A stretch of DNA of 64,000 bases from a virus, in the IMG/VR virus record IMGVR_UViG_3300046477_000491, positions 1 through 64,000 of that record; one strand, given 5' to 3'. The number at the start of each line of letters is the position of its first letter. Within the stretch, counting starts at the first letter, position 1. Position numbers and translations under genes: made by a program. A model generated the notes under the pieces. That model was not told the DNA's origin and did not search any database. It saw only the letters and a list, made by a program, of their open reading frames with translations. Of the stretch, positions 37,825 through 45,791 are shown piece by piece.

Positions 37825-37857
37825 TGTCTGGTGCTCCTCGCGTATGGGGTGGGGTGG

Positions 37858-38352
37858 TCAGAGAACGTCGGCGATGTCGCCCGGGTCGACCGCCAGCGGG
37901 AGGCGGCCGTCGTCGAAGAGATGGATGCCGTTGCGGCTGTAGGCGAGGTCGCACAACTGGGCGCACTGGAGCCGGTCCTGGCGTGCGATGCGCTGCGCGA
38001 TCCGGTCCGACCAGAAGCCGAAGAACCGGAGCCCGAGCGCGAGGTCGTCGAGCCAGCCGTAGCCGATGCCCTTGCCGCCGTTGGCCTGGGCGAAGCCGAG
38101 GGCGGTCTCCCAGATCTTCTCCCGGGTCTCGTCTGGGATGACGGTGTGGGTGTTGTACTTCGCCTTCGGGTACATCGAGATGTGGCCGATGCGGGCGCCG
38201 CCGGGCTGGGCCTCGACGAGGAGTCCGGCCGGGCCGACGATGAAGGCGTGGTTGTAGCGGGAGAACGTCAGCAGCCGGATGCCCCAGCCGATGATCCCTC
38301 CGGTCGCGGTGACGCCGATCGAGCCGACCGGGGGCGGGGTGCCGTCAGCCAC
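37858..38352 (-). CDS. Permuted papain-like (YiiX/YebB-type NlpC/P60) cysteine hydrolase
   Basis: 'SRYNHAFI' His motif precedes the 'LQCAQLCD.AY...GI.LF' Cys motif. Confidence 0.7.
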   Translation of the reverse strand: MADGTPPPVGSIGVTATGGIIGWGIRLLTFSRYNHAFIVGPAGLLVEAQPGGARIGHISMYPKAKYNTHTVIPDETREKIWETALGFAQANGGKGIGYGWLDDLALGLRFFGFWSDRIAQRIARQDRLQCAQLCDLAYSRNGIHLFDDGRLPLAVDPGDIADVL

Positions 38353-38539
38353 TGTCTTCCTCCAGGGTGTACTTGCCGATGAAGTCGATCTGGAACAGGT
38401 GCGGTGCCCGCTCGGCCTTCTCCCGCCAGTCCGTGACGTGGAACTGGCGGGAGTAGAAGAACGTCTTGGGCTTCCAGCCCGATGGGACCTTCAGCAGGAC
38501 CCGCACCTTCCAGACCGCGTTGTCGCGGGCTGTCTTCAC
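38345..38539 (-). CDS. Small hypothetical protein
   Basis: Overlaps both neighbours in the operon. Confidence 0.5.
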   Translation of the reverse strand: MKTARDNAVWKVRVLLKVPSGWKPKTFFYSRQFHVTDWREKAERAPHLFQIDFIGKYTLEEDSG

Positions 38540-38862
38540 TCAGCGCCCCCGGAGGGGGAGGTATTAAGCAGGCTGAGGATGGTCGCGGTCTCGGTGGGGA
38601 CCTGCATGAACGGTTCGGCCAACTGCACGGCGACCTGGGTGAAGGCGTCGCCGATCTGCTCGTAGATGCCGCCCATGCCCTCCAACTTCTCGGAGAACTC
38701 CAGCAGGGAGCCGACGACGTCCTTGATGGACACGTACGTCTCGCCGTCGTCCTCGCCGACGATGTAGTGGTAGGCGGCCTCGTGGTCGGAGGCGATCTCG
38801 GTGACGATGCTCAACGGGTTCTCCAGGGTCGTGGTGGCGGTCTCAGAGCCAGATGCGGTGTT
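38536..38862 (-). CDS. Acidic hypothetical protein
   Basis: Open frame in the operon; start approximate. Confidence 0.55.
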   Translation of the reverse strand, partial: NTASGSETATTTLENPLSIVTEIASDHEAAYHYIVGEDDGETYVSIKDVVGSLLEFSEKLEGMGGIYEQIGDAFTQVAVQLAEPFMQVPTETATILSLLNTSPSGGAE

Positions 38863-40084
38863 CACTGGTGACGCGTCCCTTCTCGGGGTGGACGAAATGG
38901 AGTCGCTGGGAGGGGTCTCCCGTGGCCGCGACGAACTCGTGGGCGTACACATTGTCCGATTCGGGGCTTCCGGTCATGTAGACGGAGCCGCCGTTGGCCA
39001 ACTGCAACTGCATCGACTGGTGGTAGTGGCCGATGTACAGGTCCCGGAACGTCGGGAGGACGCCGGAGGCCCACTGGTTGGCCTTGCGCAGGATGCCGTA
39101 GGCGGGGATGTTGCCGCCGAAGGACTTGATCTCGTCGCCGTGGATGGCCATCGCCTTGTAGTTGCCGATGGAGAAGTTCTGGTACCAGTCCCCGGAGGTC
39201 TGGAACTTCGTCAGCCGTCCCTCGTGGGCCAGGCGCTCGCGGACGATGTTGTAGACCATGCGGTCGACGTTGTCGGACGCCTTGATGCCGTCGGACTTCT
39301 TGCCCAGGCGGCCGTGGTTGCCGTACTCGGCGACGACCTCGACCTCGTCGTAGACCTGGAGGGCCTTCTTGATCGTCCACATCATCAGGTCGGAGACGTC
39401 GAACATCTGCTCGTAGAGCGTGCCGTCCAACTCCCAGACCTGGCCGGGGAAGATCGAGACGCCTTCGACCATGTCCCCGGTGAAGAGGAGGACAGCCTTG
39501 CGCACGGGGTGGTCGGCGCGCTGGATCTCGGTGATCTCGGTGGCCTTCTCGACGTAGCGCATCACCCGGGTCCGCATGATGGTGCGGTCGTAGGTGATCG
39601 TCTTCTTGCCGCCCTGCCAGTCGGTGAGGTGCCACAGGGCGACCTCGGCGGCCTTGGTGCGCTTGTCGGCCTTCGGCGGGGTGACCGGGGTCGCTCCGAC
39701 GAACTGGGCGGCGTCCCGGGCGGCCTTGTAGACGGCCTCGATGTACTCGTCGCCGCGCGTCTTGGCCTTGGTGAACTGCTGGAACAGGCGGCGGTTGTCG
39801 GAGGTCAGGGACTCGATGCGCTCCCTCAGCACCTCCTCGTTCTCGGCCACTGCCTCGGCCGTGCCCTCCTCGGGCAGGGTATTAAGACGCTTCGGTTCCT
39901 TGCCCGGCTCGACGAGGATGGCGCGCTTGTAGCCGTTGGCCTTGCGCCAGCGCCGGACGGCCGTCTCAGACGTCTCGATGCCGTTGAAGACGAGGTCCGC
40001 AGCGGCGGCCTCGTGTCCGACGGTGGGGTCCATCAGGATCTCGCGGACCCACTCGACGTCAGTGGAATCGGTAAGGGCGCTCAA
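38843..40084 (-). CDS. Calcineurin-like metallophosphoesterase with N-terminal HTH-like and coiled-coil region
   Basis: DxQ, GDMVEG, GNHG, HGD and GHYH motifs. Confidence 0.85.
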   Translation of the reverse strand: MSALTDSTDVEWVREILMDPTVGHEAAAADLVFNGIETSETAVRRWRKANGYKRAILVEPGKEPKRLNTLPEEGTAEAVAENEEVLRERIESLTSDNRRLFQQFTKAKTRGDEYIEAVYKAARDAAQFVGATPVTPPKADKRTKAAEVALWHLTDWQGGKKTITYDRTIMRTRVMRYVEKATEITEIQRADHPVRKAVLLFTGDMVEGVSIFPGQVWELDGTLYEQMFDVSDLMMWTIKKALQVYDEVEVVAEYGNHGRLGKKSDGIKASDNVDRMVYNIVRERLAHEGRLTKFQTSGDWYQNFSIGNYKAMAIHGDEIKSFGGNIPAYGILRKANQWASGVLPTFRDLYIGHYHQSMQLQLANGGSVYMTGSPESDNVYAHEFVAATGDPSQRLHFVHPEKGRVTSEHRIWL

Positions 40085-40287
40085 GGTGGTTCCTCTCGCA
40101 GAGGGTTGGTGGTGCCGGACCTCCCGGCCCGACAGGGATTACGTTATAGCGATTACGGCTTCCATGTCAACACTCACTCCTGGAGTGAACCGTCCTCACT
40201 CTGGGGTCAACCGGCCCACTCGGACCTGTGACCTGCGCAGACTATCCTGATAACTGGTTCAGAACCAGTAATGAGGAGACCTCTTTA

Positions 40288-40713
40288 ATGAGCGGTATCG
40301 GTGGCAGCACCTTCATCCTGACCAACAACGACCTGTCCGTGGCCCAGCCGGTCCCGTTCGGCGCCGAACTGGTCGCTATCTACGCGAACCTGGGCACGCT
40401 GGGCTCGACGCAGTCCACGTTCCAGGTCAACAAGAACGGCTCCGCCGTATCCGGGGCGGTCGCCGCCGTCGCGGCCAGCGCGACCAAGGGCAACAAGGTC
40501 ATCAGCAACCCGTACATCGGCGTGAACGCGGGCAACCAGGCGGGCTGGACCGACCAGCAGGCCGCGACCGTCCCGTTCACCGCGAGCCAGGGTGGCGTGA
40601 ACAACGTCTCCGCGCTGGCGACCTTCGCGGCCGGTGACACGGTCTCGCTGACCAACACCCTCGGCACCTCGGCTGCCAACCCGGGCGTGGTGCTGGTCTT
40701 CAAGACCCTGTAA
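40288..40713 (+). CDS. Probable virion structural / decoration protein
   Basis: Ala/Gly/Thr/Asn-rich beta protein, strong RBS and codon bias, own terminator (40725-40768). Confidence 0.55.
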   Translation: MSGIGGSTFILTNNDLSVAQPVPFGAELVAIYANLGTLGSTQSTFQVNKNGSAVSGAVAAVAASATKGNKVISNPYIGVNAGNQAGWTDQQAATVPFTASQGGVNNVSALATFAAGDTVSLTNTLGTSAANPGVVLVFKTL

Positions 40714-40789
40714 GACCCCCAACCACGAACCCCCGGGCCACTGTTCAGACGGAGGTCCGGGGGTTCGTTGTATCCAAGGAAGGAAGCCC

Positions 40790-41068
40790 ATGTTCTGGTA
40801 CTGCGATGACTGCAACGGCTGGGGCGTGTCCGGGACGGAGGTCGACATGGCGGTCGACAAGCAGCGGCACCTGGACGCCCACCAGGCCCCCGACACTCCC
40901 CCACCGTCCGAGGAAGAGCCGGATGAGGTCACTGTCTGGACTCTGAAGAACGCGGCGTGGGGTATAACGGCCGTCCTCGGGCTACTGTCCGCCCACTACA
41001 CGTCCCTGTTGGGGGTATCTGCGGTTGCGGCCCTGCTCACGTTCGTGGTGACCGGCATCGGAGAATGA
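40790..41068 (+). CDS. Small Zn-finger membrane protein
   Basis: CDDC...H...H followed by two hydrophobic segments. Confidence 0.55.
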   Translation: MFWYCDDCNGWGVSGTEVDMAVDKQRHLDAHQAPDTPPPSEEEPDEVTVWTLKNAAWGITAVLGLLSAHYTSLLGVSAVAALLTFVVTGIGE

Positions 41069-41070
41069 CC

Positions 41071-41103
41071 GAGCCCCGGCAACCTGATGGGTTACCGGGG
41101 CTT
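41071..41103. terminator. Terminator closing the tRNA operon
   Basis: GAGCCCCGG.AACC...GGTT.CCGGGGCTT. Confidence 0.7.
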
Positions 41104-41110
41104 ACGGGGG

Positions 41111-41183
41111 CTCCCCCACCTGGACTCGAACCAGGAACCCTGCGATTAACAGTCGCATGCTCTGCCAATTGAGCTATGGAGGA
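41111..41183 (-). tRNA. tRNA-Asn(GTT)
   Basis: Cloverleaf; GCGAC-T-GTT-AA-TCGC anticodon arm, GGTTCGAGTCC T-arm; no encoded CCA. Confidence 0.93.
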
Positions 41184-41188
41184 TTGCG

Positions 41189-41269
41189 TACCCAAGGTGG
41201 GACTTGAACCCACACGCCTTTCGGCGCCGCTTTTGAGGCGGCTGACTGTGCCAATTCGTCTACTCGGGC
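41189..41269 (-). tRNA. tRNA-Leu(CAA)
   Basis: GCCGC-CT-CAA-AA-GCGGC anticodon arm, variable arm GCCGAAAGGC, GGTTCAAGTCC. Confidence 0.88.
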
Positions 41270-41357
41270 GAGCGTGCTCCGCACTGTTGTATCCGGTTTA
41301 GCACGGGCACTCCAGTCCAGGTGTCTTACCGGTCCCGGACTTTCTTACAGGTGAATC

Positions 41358-41987
41358 CTACTTCACCGTGTAGCGCCCGTAGTAAACGGACTTCGACCAC
41401 GGCGAGTAGTAGTTCACGCCCTTACCGGGGCGCTCCGCTTCCAGCCACTTCGTCGAGGAGACGTAGATCGCCACGTGGTAGACGTGGCCGCTGGAGTCGT
41501 GAACGAAGACCAGGTCGCCCTTCTGGGGCTTCGAGACCTTCGCGCTGGCGTGGTACTGGTCGCTCGCGACGCGGGGAATCGACTTCCCCAGCTTCTGGAA
41601 CGAGTAGTGGGTCAGGCCGGAGCAGTCGAAGCCCGCCGACGGCGAGGATCCGCCCCAGACGTACCGCGTGCCGATGTACTTGGCGGCCTGGTTGACGATC
41701 TTCGTGCCCGACGAGGTCGAGCTGGTCGTCGAAGCGGGCTTGGCAGGTGCCGGGGTGGCCGATGCGGCCAGGAGGATCCGCTCTCCCGGGTAGATCCGGT
41801 TGGGGTTGGATATGTGGTTGATGGACGCGAGGTGCTGATACGTCGTCTTGTGGGATTTCGCAATCCCGCTCAGTGTGTCTCCGCTTTTCACGGTCACGTA
41901 ACTGGCGGCTGCTTCGGCGACCGAAGTCGCTATCGGCGATACGGCCAGTGCTCCCGCGAGAGCGATTCCAGCGATCCTCTTATTCAT
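41358..41987 (-). CDS. Secreted LysM plus NlpC/P60 peptidoglycan endopeptidase
   Basis: Signal peptide (..AEA), '[14 protein letters not shown]...NPNRIYPGE' LysM and 'YVWGG...FDCSGL...YHVAIY'. Confidence 0.93.
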   Translation of the reverse strand: MNKRIAGIALAGALAVSPIATSVAEAAASYVTVKSGDTLSGIAKSHKTTYQHLASINHISNPNRIYPGERILLAASATPAPAKPASTTSSTSSGTKIVNQAAKYIGTRYVWGGSSPSAGFDCSGLTHYSFQKLGKSIPRVASDQYHASAKVSKPQKGDLVFVHDSSGHVYHVAIYVSSTKWLEAERPGKGVNYYSPWSKSVYYGRYTVK

Positions 41988-41999
41988 GATGCACTCCGC

Positions 42000-42145
42000 A
42001 CGCCTGCGAAATTAGGTGACGGGCTCGGGTAAGTGCTGTTCCCTACCACAAATGTTTCTGCGGATTCGCCCCAGTACTGCGTTTCGGTCTCCCGCCCCTG
42101 TTCAGGGTTGATTGCAGTTTTTGTCCAGGAACAGGGCTCGGCGTC
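42000..42145 (-). ncRNA. c-di-AMP (ydaO/yuaA-class) riboswitch, possibly a variant
   Basis: Minus strand reads CGCCGAG-CCCTG...CAGGG-GCGGGAGACC...TGGGGCGAATC...GTAGGG...CCCGAG-CCCGTCACCTAATTTCGCAGGCG directly before the RBS of a cell-wall hydrolase. Confidence 0.82.
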
Positions 42146-42154
42146 TGGACAAAG

Positions 42155-42227
42155 TGGCCCCCCTTGGAATCGCACCAAGATCTCCCGCTTTTCAGGCGGG
42201 CGCATTAACTGTCTCTGCCAAAGGGCC
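42155..42227 (-). tRNA. tRNA-Phe(GAA), atypical
   Basis: CCCGC-CT-GAA-AA-GCGGG anticodon arm and intact stems, but the T-loop is TGCGATT and the D-loop lacks GG. Confidence 0.7.
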
Positions 42228-42233
42228 GTGAAG

Positions 42234-42307
42234 TCTGGACGGCAGGATTCGAACCTGCGACCCCCTGCATCCAAAGCAGGCGCGCTACCGGGCTGCGCTA
42301 CGTCCAG
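42234..42307 (-). tRNA. tRNA-Pro(TGG)
   Basis: C1-G72/A73, CCTGC-TT-TGG-AT-GCAGG, GGTTCGAATCC. Confidence 0.92.
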
Positions 42308-42384
42308 AAGTTGATGGCTACACATTACGGTATCAAGATTGGTCCTTGTCAACCCCATTGAGCAACTAGCTTGCCATGGAGAGA

Positions 42385-42556
42385 CAGTTCCCCGCCGGGT
42401 CTTACGCCTCGCTTGGGGTAGCGAGCCGAGGAGGCTGCCCTAGCGGGCGGGGAACGGGAAGCGGCCGAGGCAGAACGCCGTCAAGGCCGGGATGAGCGCG
42501 GGCATGCTGGCGGAGGGGAGGTTGCTCCCCTGGCCCGGCCGTCGCTCGCTCATCGT
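42385..42556 (+). ncRNA. Candidate structured non-coding RNA of unknown class
   Basis: Three consecutive stem domains with G-U pairs that favour the plus strand; no credible ORF. Confidence 0.45.
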
Positions 42557-42717
42557 GTTCATGCATCCTTTTTACAGGATCACGGTTACGGGTTTGTAAT
42601 CAGGCCACTGCCCCGTTTCCCTCGCGCGAGGCGGGGGGTAGGGCACTGTCCAGAGCAGCAAAAAGGGCCGGGGGGACGCCGTTGTCCCTCCGACCCTTGC
42701 CAGGGCGTATGTCAGCT

Positions 42718-43092
42718 CTACTTGTGCGCGGCCTCGAACTCGCGGATGAGGTCCGTGGGGATCCGGCCGGTGTGGGCGATCTCCCGGCCCTGCTCCTTCA
42801 GCCACTGGCGCACGTCCGCAGCCGTGAAGGTCTGGCCGCCCCGACCCTTGATGGCCTTCAGCACCTGCGTGCCGACGCGCTTCTCGGTGTTGTGGGCGAT
42901 GGAGGTGAAGGGCTCCAGGGCACCGACCATGAGCTGCTGATGGTCCCGGCATAGATCCATGAAGTATCTCGTCGTCCCGACCGTGATGGCCGTGGCCTCG
43001 TTACCGGGGACGTCCTGGCCGCAGGTTTCGGTCTTGCGGCCGTGCTTCACCTTGAAATCGCAGAACTTGTCAACACTGACGCGCTCACCCAT
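42718..43092 (-). CDS. lsr2: Lsr2-like nucleoid-associated protein
   Basis: 'Y.MDL...H' dimerisation region and 'VRQWLKEQG..IAHTGRIP..L...FEAA' DNA-binding domain. Confidence 0.8.
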   Translation of the reverse strand: MGERVSVDKFCDFKVKHGRKTETCGQDVPGNEATAITVGTTRYFMDLCRDHQQLMVGALEPFTSIAHNTEKRVGTQVLKAIKGRGGQTFTAADVRQWLKEQGREIAHTGRIPTDLIREFEAAHK

Positions 43093-43147
43093 GAATGATC
43101 ACTCCTTAACGGCCCCCGCTGCTGGTCGAACGTCGGGCACGTTGGCA

Positions 43148-43176
43148 ATATTGCCTCTCAGGCAGGGCCTTGTCAA
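43148..43176 (-). promoter_or_regulatory. sigma70-type promoter for lsr2
   Basis: TTGACA-17-CAATAT. Confidence 0.6.
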
Positions 43177-43218
43177 GCGTCTTGCGTCACACGCTCGACA
43201 AGGCCGTATCAATAAGAC

Positions 43219-44073
43219 CTATTTGAGCAGCGACTCCGCCTGCCCCAGGATACTCGTCACTACGGTCTCGACCGGGGTGTCGATCCTCGGCCTGGACGGC
43301 GGGGACAGGGCGGGAAGGTGCTTCAGGGGCGTCTGGTCGGCCCGATTGGGGGTCTTCGATTCCGTCTTCCCGGAAGTCTTCACGCGCGCCCCGTCGCGGT
43401 GCTTCGTGGGAACCCTCCGGTGCTTTCCGGCGGGCGCTTTGGGCTTGTCGGCCGTCGTGGTGGCGGTCTTCTCGGGGGACTGGGCGGCCATCTGGTAGCT
43501 GGAGCCGGTGGGCCGGTAGGTGTTGACCACAGCGGTGCGGGCACTCGTGGCGACGGCCGTCTTGGAGGGCTCAGGGACGGGCACGTCGTTGCCTGCCATG
43601 TCGGGGCGGTCCATGGGGTGTGTTCCCTGGGCGTGAAGGTCCATGGCGGCCTCGGCGGTCATGCCGATGAAGAACGGGGCGATGGTGGCGGCCACGGTGA
43701 GCATGATCCGGCGCTGCCAGGAGGAGCGGGCTACCGGCTTCTTGGCCCGGTGGGAGCGCAGCTTCGGAGCAGGTTCAGGCTGCTCCGCCAGTTTGGGCTC
43801 CTCGGGCAGCCAGTAGATGATCTCCTGAGTGTCGCTGTCCCAGCCCATGCACAGCTCTCCAGCATCCACCAGGGCGGAGAGTTCTTCGTCGACCTCGTCC
43901 TCGTAGCTGAGCCCGTAAAAGTCCGGGATCGAGCCCTCGTGCGGCACGTCTTCCTTGTCGCGCAGGTGCGGCTCGTTCAGGGGCATGGGCGCAGTTTCTG
44001 CGTGTTGTTGGCGCAGCTCGCGGACGTCCTGTTCCCCCGTGTCGTTCGCATCGTCACGCCAGATCATGTTCAT
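43219..44073 (-). CDS. Single-pass membrane protein with low-complexity C-terminus
   Basis: GGAGG RBS, acidic N-terminus, one transmembrane helix, T/P/K-rich tail. Confidence 0.6.
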   Translation of the reverse strand: MNMIWRDDANDTGEQDVRELRQQHAETAPMPLNEPHLRDKEDVPHEGSIPDFYGLSYEDEVDEELSALVDAGELCMGWDSDTQEIIYWLPEEPKLAEQPEPAPKLRSHRAKKPVARSSWQRRIMLTVAATIAPFFIGMTAEAAMDLHAQGTHPMDRPDMAGNDVPVPEPSKTAVATSARTAVVNTYRPTGSSYQMAAQSPEKTATTTADKPKAPAGKHRRVPTKHRDGARVKTSGKTESKTPNRADQTPLKHLPALSPPSRPRIDTPVETVVTSILGQAESLLK

Positions 44074-44500
44074 GAGCGGGATGTACCCCTCCTACCAGAC
44101 GCACGCGGGATCTGACGGTTTCGTGTGCGTAATCAGCTCGTGGACCTGGAGAGACCCTGGATCATGGGGAGGCGGGCGGCTGCTGCACGGCACACCGCGT
44201 GGGGATGATCTTTGCCCTTGCGATCACTGGCTTACCAGGGAGCAAACCGTAGCACCGGGAGGTCAACCGGAACAGGCGGCTCCGTGACTTGCGCAACCTT
44301 GTTGCTTTACTTTTCAAGCGGGTTGCTTGACCAGCTCTTTACTAAATATGCTACAACCCGTGCAGTTACCCCGGGTTACATGTACCTGGAACCTACGGTT
44401 GCGTAGCTGTGGAGGTTCTGTATGGTGACCCAGCTCACATTGGTAAATTCGATCAGCCGACAGATATGCGTCGACAATTTGTCAAGCTACCACGAGATAT

Positions 44501-44542
44501 GACTTGACCCCGCTACGGGATGCCGTAACGGGGTCAGGAGTC
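44501..44542 (-). terminator. Terminator after the PNK gene
   Basis: TGACCCCG.TACGG-GATG-CCGTA.CGGGGTCA. Confidence 0.65.
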
Positions 44543-44574
44543 AATCGGTGTTATTTCAGATAGTGAAACCTCAT

Positions 44575-45444
44575 CTAGAAGGCCCCGGGGGCCACTTGGA
44601 GGGTCCGCAGGCCGAGAAGGCGCCACATCTCGACCACCTGGTCACGGTCGTCGAGGACCATCCACACGTTGTAGCGGCCCAGGATCTCCTGCCGGTAGAT
44701 CTCCTCCTTCACGATCGAGTCCTTGCGCATGTCGTACTCGGCGCGCATCAGCAGCGGCGACAGCGAGGTCCACTCCCCCACGTGCTGCACCAGCCAGGCC
44801 CGGGTCCGCTTGTAGGCCCGAGCGTCGCGGCCGGACACGAAGATGATCTCGGCGCCCGCGTCCCGCAGCGTGTTCACGAGGTCGATGACGTCCTGGTGCG
44901 CCGTGTCCTCGTCCACCCGGTCCCAGTCGAAGGGACTGCGGTCGGCCATCTTGGCCAGCGTGCCGTCCAGGTCCACCAGCACGGCGTGCGGGCGGTCAGG
45001 GAGCAACGCAGGGGGGTCGGCAGGCTTGGGGGCCAGGTACTTCTCGTACATGTCCTTGATGACCTTCTCGCCGACGCTCTTCTCCCGCTTCAGGTCGCGG
45101 CGGACGCAGGTATTAAGTGCCACGTCGGTGAAGTCCTTGACGAAGAACCGGGCTCCCCGGCTTTCCGCCAGCCGCTCCAGGCGCTCCTCGTGGTACGGGT
45201 TGAGGTTGGTGTCGGCGACGATCACGCTGACGCCCTGGAGCAGGAACATCTCCACGAGCGCGTCGCGGGCCTTGACGACCTGCCGCTCGTTCTTGCCGTG
45301 CCAGCGGTCGGCGTGCAGCATCGCCCGCAGGTCGTCCTTGCACACGATCACGACGGAGCCGGGGATGGCCTTGAGGACCTGCTCGCGGGCCCACGTCGTC
45401 TTGCCGGAGCCCGGCAGGCCCTTGGTCATGGTCAGCGTCGTCAC
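44575..45444 (-). CDS. Polynucleotide 5'-kinase / 3'-phosphatase (T4 PseT-like)
   Basis: GLPGSGKTT P-loop, DTNL, HAD motifs DLDGTLA, SGR and DDRDQVV. Confidence 0.93.
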   Translation of the reverse strand: MTTLTMTKGLPGSGKTTWAREQVLKAIPGSVVIVCKDDLRAMLHADRWHGKNERQVVKARDALVEMFLLQGVSVIVADTNLNPYHEERLERLAESRGARFFVKDFTDVALNTCVRRDLKREKSVGEKVIKDMYEKYLAPKPADPPALLPDRPHAVLVDLDGTLAKMADRSPFDWDRVDEDTAHQDVIDLVNTLRDAGAEIIFVSGRDARAYKRTRAWLVQHVGEWTSLSPLLMRAEYDMRKDSIVKEEIYRQEILGRYNVWMVLDDRDQVVEMWRLLGLRTLQVAPGAF

Positions 45445-45485
45445 GGGCTTCTCCTTCGTCTTCTTCGGTCCGCAGCACAGGCATT

Positions 45486-45791
45486 TCACGGGCATCGGCA
45501 GCACCCGTCGCAGCCGTGCAGGCCCTCGTAGGGGTTGTAGTCCTCGCCCTGCATCATTCGCTTGTAGGCGAGGTCGTCCGGGTCGGGGTGTCCGACGCCG
45601 TGGGAGCACATCCGCTCCATCAGGGCGCGGTCCATGCGGAAGTGCTGGGGCCAGTCGGCCATGTGGTGGTCGGAGGGGTTGTGTACGCAGCAGTGGCGGC
45701 CGATGCAGTCCTTGCGGGGGTGGGCGAGGAGTCGTTCCCCGCCCACCAGTTCCGCCGCCTCGAACCAGCCGCCGAGGTCGTCGGGCTCCAT
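45486..45791 (-). CDS. Cys/His-rich metal-binding protein
   Basis: 'C...HCCVHNPSDHHM...ER.C.HG.GHPDPD...HGCDGCC', between the ligase and PNK genes. Confidence 0.7.
   Translation of the reverse strand: MEPDDLGGWFEAAELVGGERLLAHPRKDCIGRHCCVHNPSDHHMADWPQHFRMDRALMERMCSHGVGHPDPDDLAYKRMMQGEDYNPYEGLHGCDGCCRCP

Noticed and set aside
41270-41357. Two small hairpins between the NlpC/P60 gene and tRNA-Leu as a fifth tRNA
   Set aside because: No T-loop or acceptor stem; cannot be assigned.
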